The translations under genes and the position numbers were made by a program. From Nemertoderma westbladi (lineage: Eukaryota > Animalia > Xenacoelomorpha), in assembly GCA_032718475.1 (NCBI GenBank), contig JAUCBJ010002025.1, positions 1-40,115 of the forward strand: 40,115 bases of DNA, in the 5' to 3' direction. Position 1 is the stretch's first letter. Each line of letters starts with the position of its first letter. Shown piece by piece: positions 32,126 through 40,115 of the stretch. The notes beneath the pieces were generated by a model. The model was not told the origin of the DNA. It did not search any database and worked only from the letters and a program-made list of their open reading frames with translations.

Positions 32126-35125
32126 ATGTCTGACACTCAGCAAAACCTGTCAGATAGTCTAATCGATACAACCATCTGTGACACAGATAGGAGTGTAGAG
32201 CGATTAAGAAAGGAGTTCAGTTCACCTCCTACTGCAAGAAAGGTCATCCCTCCAGTAGTATCAGACCCTAGGCTAATCCACCATAGGTCCATCATAGGTA
32301 CTCGGGCCCAGGTCAAACGGAACCAAGAGGCAGCTGTCCTATCGCAGCAACATCTTGGTCAAGAACCTAGTTCCCAGCGATCCGATAGCTCCAGTAGTTC
32401 GGATACTGTCGAGCTGACCCCCGAACGCGGATTGCAGATGGCGGCTACAGCCTACTCGGACCCTCTTCTCACCCTTCCTGCCGCAGTGCTAACCACTATA
32501 TTGATTGCGGTGGAGGAACATCAAGCAGATTGGGCGAGGAATAAGAAAGCGACCCAAGATAATTATGCGGGATACGCCAGGGAAGAATTGATGTCTATTG
32601 TCGAGTCACAATGGAACTTTCCCGGACCTGGACTCCCGTTAGACCTGTCCGAAGCTACTTGGGAAGATATACACCGGATGGGAGTGACTAAAGATACAAT
32701 GGATCCAGCTGTTTGGAAGAGGTCGGCAGCAGGATATGTGCAAGGGTTCTTCGGCTCCTTAGAGCAATTAGAAGAACAACTGTTTCGACAACCCCAAGGA
32801 CCTCAAGAGCAGGAAGAGCTGCTATATCAAGTGCGCGAAAGAACCCTACGCATTAGACTAATTCTGTCAGCCTTTGAGGAAACTTCCAAAAGAAGACAGG
32901 ACACGTCGCTGCAGGTTTCTGTTAAGACTTGGTTCCAGAGGATAGGTCGCAAAGTGCAAGAAACGGACCAGTGGAAATCCCAGCTGTCTGAGAGACTAAC
33001 TTATGAAAAACCAACCGATGCCACCCTTTCTGAAGTGGAGAGCAAAGAGACTGCAGAAAGACCACGAACGAGAGACGCCATCGACATTTACCTATCCGAC
33101 TATCAGCGATTCCTAGGAGACGAAGAGTTGAAGAGACGACTGTCTGGACTTTCCCCTAATAGTGAAGGAACCCAGCGGGTGTTAGACTCAATCGACGCTG
33201 AAATGTTGGCGGCTAATCAAGCTGAATTTGATGAAAAACTCCGCCTCACTAGAGTTCAGGAGGAGCAAGTAAAGAAAAGGAGGATAGAGGACCAAAGGGC
33301 AGCGGCAATCGCAGAAGCCGAAGCAGAAAGAAAGGAGGCAGCGGCAAGGGCAGAAGCAGAAATACAAAGAAAGGCAGCGGCGGCAGAAGCAAAGGCGGCC
33401 ATGGCAGAAGCAGAAGCAAGGGCGGAAAAGGCAGTAGCGGAAGCCGAACGGAGAGCGTCTGAGCAGACTACCCAACTGGAGTTGGAAAAGCTGCAAGAGA
33501 CGCAAGATAACATAAATAAACAGTTAACAGCTAGTCACATGCAAATGAGGAGAAAATCTACTCCCAAACGCCAGGGCTATACTTCATCAGAGGAAAGCGA
33601 AACCACCGATCTTGAAGGCGGAGGAAATAGATCTCGTCTAAGCAGGCGTAGAAAAACATCTTACCGTCACAAATTGCCTGATTTGCCCCCAGCTGTTAAA
33701 AGACAGCTAACTAGCACAGACTTAGGTAGTGCAGAACCCATAGAACAATTTATCCAGGTCAAAAGACTCCCTACTATAGTCGATGAACCTGAAATAATTA
33801 GGCCTGTCGTTCCCAAAGTCACTTCTGTGCTAGAGACCCCTGTACTTCCAGAGCTTAACTCTAAATTCCCTTTACATAGTACTACACTGCCTGTACCCGG
33901 TGGAACAGTCCATGCAAATACCCCTGTCCTGAGCATTGAGAGAGGAATCAAAGATTTGTCTCCCGTCGTCCCGCGTCAACCCGCTACAATGTTGGCGACT
34001 CCCGCTTCGGCGGTTGAGTGGGTAGAAGAGGGACGGCGGGGGATGAATCTCCTGCTAGGACAGATGCAGGAGACTGTCCACCAACTTAAGGGAACAGTGA
34101 GGGAAGGTAGAGCAGAGTTGCAAGAAGTGCAGCAAAGTATCGCACTAGAACGCGACAAATTAGTCAATATCCAAAAGGGCATACCAATACCCTCTATAAC
34201 ATTGTGTCAACCTGTTAGGTCTGAAGTACTACATGCGCAAGGTGTGGAGCCTACACGCATCTATACTGCTAGTGAAGTAGAAACTCCTATAGCAAACCCT
34301 ATTAAGGGTGATTATACGCCTGTTGCTAATGATATTCCCTATAGACCTGATAATAATCCGAGAAATTTATATACCGATAATTCGATATTAAATAACACGA
34401 TGGCCCAAGAAAGCTTTACGCGTCAGATGGCTAGAACAGAAGCCCGCCAAGCGGTCAAAGTGGGAGAGATCGTCAAATTCAATGGAGATGAGATGAAATG
34501 GTTACCTTTCAACGAATATTACAAAGATAGCATACAGAACTCTGTATTATCTAACGGAGAGAAACTTAGATTCCTCATCAAGTGCTTGGAAGGACCTCCC
34601 AAGTTAATGGCGTTAAAGTTTATTGGACATCCAGATGGATTAAGACAAGTTTGGGATACATTAAACATCAGGTATGGTAACAAGGATAACATAGCTAAGT
34701 ATTTGTATGCAAAATTAGTAGCCCCCCGACACTTCCTTAGTAGCGGGATTATAGAGTTTTCCGATGAAATTCAAGAGATCTGTAGACAACTGGACTGGTT
34801 AGGTAAGTCGCATGAATATCAGAGTTCCATGGTTATTGGAGCCGTAGTCTCTACTTTACCAAAGGGTGGAGTATGTACACGCTGGGACAAGAAAGTGTTG
34901 TACATGAATGAACAACAACGACGAAGTCCTACCATGGCTGATCTCATGTCTTTCTTAGATGGTGAAGTAAAACTACAACTCATCAAGCAGTCCAGAGAGA
35001 AAACATCGGAAAATAAGGTAAGTGAGAAACCCACTTCTAGGAGAAGAGTAACACCGGTGTGTTACACTGACGACGGCGAAAGCCAAGCTTCCCAAGAAGA
35101 GGACAGCGGGAAAGACACAGACTGA
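32126..35125 (+). CDS. gag: Gag portion of the A3 polyprotein (ends at an in-frame TGA)
   Basis: 999-aa ORF; coiled coil; KFNGDEMKWLPF..EKLRFLIKCLEG..LNIRYG (DUF1759-like core). Confidence 0.88.
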   Translation: MSDTQQNLSDSLIDTTICDTDRSVERLRKEFSSPPTARKVIPPVVSDPRLIHHRSIIGTRAQVKRNQEAAVLSQQHLGQEPSSQRSDSSSSSDTVELTPERGLQMAATAYSDPLLTLPAAVLTTILIAVEEHQADWARNKKATQDNYAGYAREELMSIVESQWNFPGPGLPLDLSEATWEDIHRMGVTKDTMDPAVWKRSAAGYVQGFFGSLEQLEEQLFRQPQGPQEQEELLYQVRERTLRIRLILSAFEETSKRRQDTSLQVSVKTWFQRIGRKVQETDQWKSQLSERLTYEKPTDATLSEVESKETAERPRTRDAIDIYLSDYQRFLGDEELKRRLSGLSPNSEGTQRVLDSIDAEMLAANQAEFDEKLRLTRVQEEQVKKRRIEDQRAAAIAEAEAERKEAAARAEAEIQRKAAAAEAKAAMAEAEARAEKAVAEAERRASEQTTQLELEKLQETQDNINKQLTASHMQMRRKSTPKRQGYTSSEESETTDLEGGGNRSRLSRRRKTSYRHKLPDLPPAVKRQLTSTDLGSAEPIEQFIQVKRLPTIVDEPEIIRPVVPKVTSVLETPVLPELNSKFPLHSTTLPVPGGTVHANTPVLSIERGIKDLSPVVPRQPATMLATPASAVEWVEEGRRGMNLLLGQMQETVHQLKGTVREGRAELQEVQQSIALERDKLVNIQKGIPIPSITLCQPVRSEVLHAQGVEPTRIYTASEVETPIANPIKGDYTPVANDIPYRPDNNPRNLYTDNSILNNTMAQESFTRQMARTEARQAVKVGEIVKFNGDEMKWLPFNEYYKDSIQNSVLSNGEKLRFLIKCLEGPPKLMALKFIGHPDGLRQVWDTLNIRYGNKDNIAKYLYAKLVAPRHFLSSGIIEFSDEIQEICRQLDWLGKSHEYQSSMVIGAVVSTLPKGGVCTRWDKKVLYMNEQQRRSPTMADLMSFLDGEVKLQLIKQSREKTSENKVSEKPTSRRRVTPVCYTDDGESQASQEEDSGKDTD

Positions 35126-38100
35126 TCTTACTATGTTGACAAAACCTCAAAGGACGTAAGTAAATACAAGGCTCGAAATAACGATAGGAGAGAACAGGTT
35201 GCCAAGACCCCTCCTCAGTCTCCTAACAGAATGCACCGAAGAAAACCCGAAGAAAAAACGAGAGTGCATCAAGTTACCCAAGGTAAGGTGAGTAACATAA
35301 AACCTAACTGTGCGCTGTGTGACGGGACCCACCGTTTGAGTGCGTGTGCTGAATTTCTAAAGAAATCCCTTGTAGACAGACGTACAGTCGTGTGGGACAA
35401 GCGGTTATGCTATAATTGCCTCAGACCAGGACATCAACGGCGAACCTGTTACTCCGACGTAAAGTGTGCAAAGTGTAGCGCGAAACATCACATCTTGTTA
35501 CACAGTGAGTTCGAACGAGACAGACAGAGTCAGGTGCCCGAACTACATGTCCAATTTAGTGACGTAAACGACACTGATCAAGAGTCTGAGATGGAAGGAT
35601 TCTATACTGACGAATTCTCTGACGCCAATGAATCCTGTTATCTAATAAATACCGCAGTGTATCGAGCACTTACTTACGAAAAGGACATCAACGATGAGTT
35701 TCCCCCGACTACTTTCGCCAAACAACCCTCTTGGAAAGCTCCAGCTTCCAACGTAGGAATCAGAGAATTTCCTGTAGTTCAGGTAAGAGTTCACGGTCTT
35801 AACAAAAGCTACATAGTGAACGCCCTCCTTGACTCCGGCAGTACAGGAACATTCATCGATCAAGAACTAGCCGAAGATATCTTTGCTGGACAACCCAAGT
35901 TCCGGACTAAATTGAATATGTCAGGAATCATGCAGGTTTGGAAATCTACCCTAACGGCAGATTACTATGTAGGTGTGTTGTCCACCCCCCAGGATAAGTT
36001 AGGAACACAAGGTATAAGGTCAGTAAAAATGGTGGCTATAAAGAACTTTGCTACTACTCAAGCAGACCTTTATAATTGGGACGAAGATGAGAGCATCCAA
36101 CATCTTAAGATACCTCGATTCCAGACAGATTATCCTGGAGTGCAAATACTCATCGGCCAAAACGCGCACGAGGCGCTCGAAACATTAGAGAAACAGCCTG
36201 CTCAACCACAACCACTGCAAACCTATGCGGTAAGAACTAGAGTAGGTTGGTACTTTACTGGCCCTTCCTGTAGAACTCTCGAAGAGAGAATGCCAAACGA
36301 ACAAATATATCAAGTAAACGATTGGGAAGTGGAAAGCAGTGAGGTGGACGAACTAACTGAGGGAACACCTTACTCCTCGGATAATGACGACATCTACCAA
36401 CTCTTCGAAGAAGAGAACACAATTGACCTACTTACAGAGAATCAAACTTGGAAAAACCAAGCGAACCTATGTCAACTGATTCGCCCAACGGAATCCATTA
36501 TTTATAATGACGAACTTAATGACGAGGTAGAGCGCTACAACGCTAGAACTCGGGACGAACTCGCCGTACGATTCTTTACCCAAGAATTAGTAGAACCTAA
36601 TTCATACGACAAAGCCCTGTCGATAGAAGAAGAAAGAGCCAAGCAAATCCAGGAAACAACCACACGTTTTTTAAAAGATCAAGGTAGATATGAAATCGGA
36701 CTACCCTTCCGAAAACGGGAACCCAGATTTATAAATAACAGACCCTTGGCTGAGAAAAGAATCAATCAATTACATCGACGTCTTACGGCAAACACTTCAG
36801 CTAAGGAAATGTACCAAACTCAGTTGAAGAAATTTATCACAAAGGGATATGCGGAGCGAGTACCGGAAGGAACTCCAATAACTGAAAGAACTTATTATCT
36901 AACACATCATTACGTTCCCAAACCCGGTAAACCCCATGAAGTACGGGTCGTATTTGATGGCTCCGCCCTATATATGGGCCAATCCCTCGATTCCGAGTTG
37001 TTACCAGGACCCAACTTGCTCCAATCTTTGTTGGGAATACTTTTGAGATTAAGACAATATTCCATCGCGTTCGCCTCCGATATAGAAGGAATGTTCTTAC
37101 AAGTCAAGGCGTTGGATCGTGATAGAGACAGCCTAAGATTCCTGTGGTGGCCTGAAGGAGATCTCAACCAGAAACCGGTAGAGTACTGGATGACCATCCA
37201 GGCTTTTGGGATTATTTCAAGCCCTTCAAACGCCTGCTCAGTGGTTCGTACCACTGCGGATGACAACCGGGATGCCTTCTCCAAAGAGGTGATAGATAAC
37301 ATCAAATGAGACATATACATGGACGACAATTTAAAGTCCCTTCCATCAGTAAAAGAAGCCATTGATGTCGCGAAAGGAACGGTTGAGTGTTTAAAAAGAG
37401 GTGGATTTCGATTGACGAAGTTCACCAGCAACTCCCGTGAGTTTCTGGAAGCAATATCTGTAGAAGACCGGGGATCAAAAGACCTCGACTTAATACATGA
37501 CGATCTTCCGGAAACCAAGACGCTTGGCTTGAAGTGGGACACCGAAAGAGATATCCTGTTTTTTCAGTTAAAACAGCGAGATAATCCAGTTCGGACCAAA
37601 CGGATTTGTTTAAGTATTCTGAGCACTTATTTCGATCCCTTGGGATTTATTAGCCCAGTTATATTGATTGCTCGGAGTTTAGTACAACAAATGTGGCTTG
37701 AAAACCACTCGTGGGACGATCCACTCAAGGGAGAACTATTAAAGAAATGGATGAAATGGGAGGACTCGCTACCTGCCATCGAGAACTTTATAATTTCCCG
37801 TTCATATTTTGGTCATGTTCTCCCTACGTATTCCTATCAACTCCATGTATTTGGAGATGCCAGCGATATGGGAATCGGTATAGTAGCATACCTGCGAGTC
37901 GAAACTCCGGATGGAATCAAAGTTGCCTTGGTTACCTCTAAGGCATTGATTAACAACAAGCTTAAGGTTCCTCGGGCGGAGTTAAAAGCAGCTTTATACG
38001 CTACAGCTATCGGCCGGAATGTAACAGAACAGATCGATTATCCACTGGAGAAAACTGTTTATTGGACCGACGCTTTACTTGTATTGGAATATATAACGAA

Positions 38101-40115
38101 TGAAGTCTGTCAGTTCAGCGTCTTTGTTACTAACAGAGTGGCCATTATTCTTAGTCGCACAACGATAGATCAATGGAGACATTGCCCTGGTACGATTAAC
38201 CCAGCTGACATCGCCTCCAGAGGAGCAACTCCACAGGAACTGATAGATACTCCTGACTGGTTGGGTGGACCCGACTTCCTGAGCAAGGAAGAGGATGAAT
38301 GGCCTCCTCACCTTACTACAGCTGAGATTAGACAAGCCAAGGGAGCGGAGAAAGTCAAACCCAAAACGCGGACAAGTAAATCGAAGTTATTTAAACCAAC
38401 AATCGATCTATCTGTATTACATACTGCCGAAAACGATACTTCGGATCCACAATCCCTCGCCACAAACAAGTCTGTTGTGGAAATTAGAGACAGAGATTGG
38501 AAATCTGGGATACCAGACGTCTCGCAAGGAATCTCACCCCTGCTGCAGAGAGCACTGCATCATTACAGTTCCTGGAATCGTCTCTGTAAAGCCGTCACAT
38601 ACTTAAAGAGATGTTTTCACCATCACTACTCCAGGACGCAGACCACTAGTGATCCTGCTCCAGTGACATCTGCGCAAGTTCATGTTATTAAAGATCTACC
38701 TAAGTACAAGATATCAGACCGGTTTCTAAAGGAGAAGATCAGTTACCAGGAGCATGAAGAAACTAATAAGCAGCTACTGAGACTCCTGCAATGCTATGAG
38801 GATTCCGATAGGTATTTTCTGTTGTTGAGAAATCCGCAGATGCGCTTAAGGGATCGCTTCTCTAGCACAATGATAGATGGGTTAATACGTGTTGGAGGAA
38901 GGCTTACTAACGCCCCATTATCCTTTGATACTAAATTCCCTATACTCATTAGTAATCTTGAAGTACAAATCAAGATGATTGTAGATGTTCACAGTAAACT
39001 GTATCATGCTGGGAGAGAACGAGTTCTTAGCGAAATTCGAACCCGCTATTATTTTCATAAACCACGTAGAGCTCTGAATCAAGTTCTTAGGAACTGCATA
39101 CCTTGTAGGAAAGCATTCAGTAGGCCTTTAACACAGCGAGAGGCAGAATTACCTAGGGAACGAGTAAGCTTTTATGAACCACCCTTTACTAATACTGGTG
39201 TGGATTTATTTGGCCCTATTGAAGTATATCGTGCGAGGACTATAGTCAAGAGATGGTGTGTCATCTTCGTGTGCATGACTTGCAGAGCCATCCATCTCGA
39301 TATGGTGAACGATCTATCTACCAACAGTTTCGTCTTAAGTTTACGACGACAGATCGCTCGCTTCGGTACGAGTAATACCATGAGATCGGACAAGGGAACG
39401 AACTTCATTGGTGCCAACAACGAAATACAGGCTTACGTAAAGGACTGGAACCAAAGACAGGTGGATGACCAGCTAAGGATAACAGCGTCTAGCTGGACCT
39501 TCAACGCCGCCGACGCCCCTTGGTGGGGAGGAAGTTGGGAGAGATTAATTCGAAGTGTCAAGACCGCATTTCACTTTATAGTGCCGTGCCGCGCATATCT
39601 CACCGACGAACTTCTGCGGACGTTAATGGAAGAAATCGCTGCCTATCTTAACGAGAGACCGCTTATGCCAGTCTCATCGAGTCTCGACTCCCTGGAAGCG
39701 CTAACACCCGCGCACTTCCTACTTAAGAAACCTGTAGCCATGCTCCCACAATCCGAGATTGCCGATGGAGATGAATACTGTCGTCGAACTTGGCAGCTTA
39801 TGCAGTTGCTATCCCGTCGTTTCGCTGACCATTTTGAGAAACATTATCTGCCCACGCTACAACTTCGAACTAAGTGGTTTGCGCAGCAGGAAAATGTCAG
39901 CGCCGGAGACATGGTCCTTATTGTAGATCCGGACCTTCCACGTAGACGGTGGCAGATAGGTCGTATCATCGAGACGCACATCTCGGAGGATGGTCTAGTG
40001 CGCTCGGTAGAACTCGTCGTAATGCGGCGTAACTTCAAGAAACCCGGTATAATCTTTGAGACGCAACAACTCAATCGCCCAGTTGGTCGTTTATGTTTAC
40101 TGGAAAGAGACAGAG
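35126..40115 (+). pseudogene. pol: A3 zinc knuckles, protease, RT, RNase H and integrase (same frame as gag, one TGA at 37307, open to the window end)
   Basis: Three CCHC knuckles; LLDSGS; RVVFDGS, DIEGMFLQV, LRFLW, YMDD (37316-37327); LHVFGDAS, WTDA, NPADIASRG; HAG...CIPC, GVDLFGP, SDKGTNF, WWGGSWERLIRSVK, RPVGRLCLLE. Confidence 0.93.

Larger units (their letters stand above)
28647..40115 (+). mobile_element. BEL/Pao LTR retrotransposon family A, copy A3 (continues off the right edge)
   Basis: 5' LTR, 2.26-kb leader, single-frame gag-PR-RT-RH-IN with Pao-type motifs. Confidence 0.95.

Noticed and set aside
36910-37542. 210-aa antisense ORF over RT, and other short antisense ORFs over pol and LINE
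   Set aside because: No motifs; expected shadow ORFs opposite coding sequence.

Overview
Eukaryotic (metazoan-type) transposon nest with no recognisable host gene. It holds five pieces of BEL/Pao (Belpaoviridae) LTR retrotransposons from two families, plus four copies of one RTE-like LINE. Family A has ~1.2-kb TG...CA LTRs. A1 (1-5246, minus) is a 5' LTR, leader and gag start. A2 (23686-28646, minus) is the 3' end of an element. A3 (28647 to the window end, plus) is a nearly intact 5' LTR, 2.3-kb leader and gag-pro-RT-RH-IN with two TGA stops, inserted inside A2. Family B has a decayed minus-strand copy (B1, ~5790-9310 plus ~21504-22260) apparently split by an internally deleted plus-strand copy (B2, ~9315-19803). 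Two features stand out. (1) Family A has no tRNA primer-binding site; instead the bases right after the 5' LTR are complementary to a fixed site inside the LTR, with compensatory changes between copies, suggesting Tf1-like self-primed reverse transcription in a BEL/Pao element. (2) In the env position A2 carries a >=1229-codon accessory ORF with a DEDDy (WRN/RNase D/Mut-7-like) 3'-5' exonuclease-like domain and three zinc knuckles; family B has a homologous zinc-knuckle C-terminus in the same position. All calls come from reading motifs and aligning repeats by eye; no searches were run.
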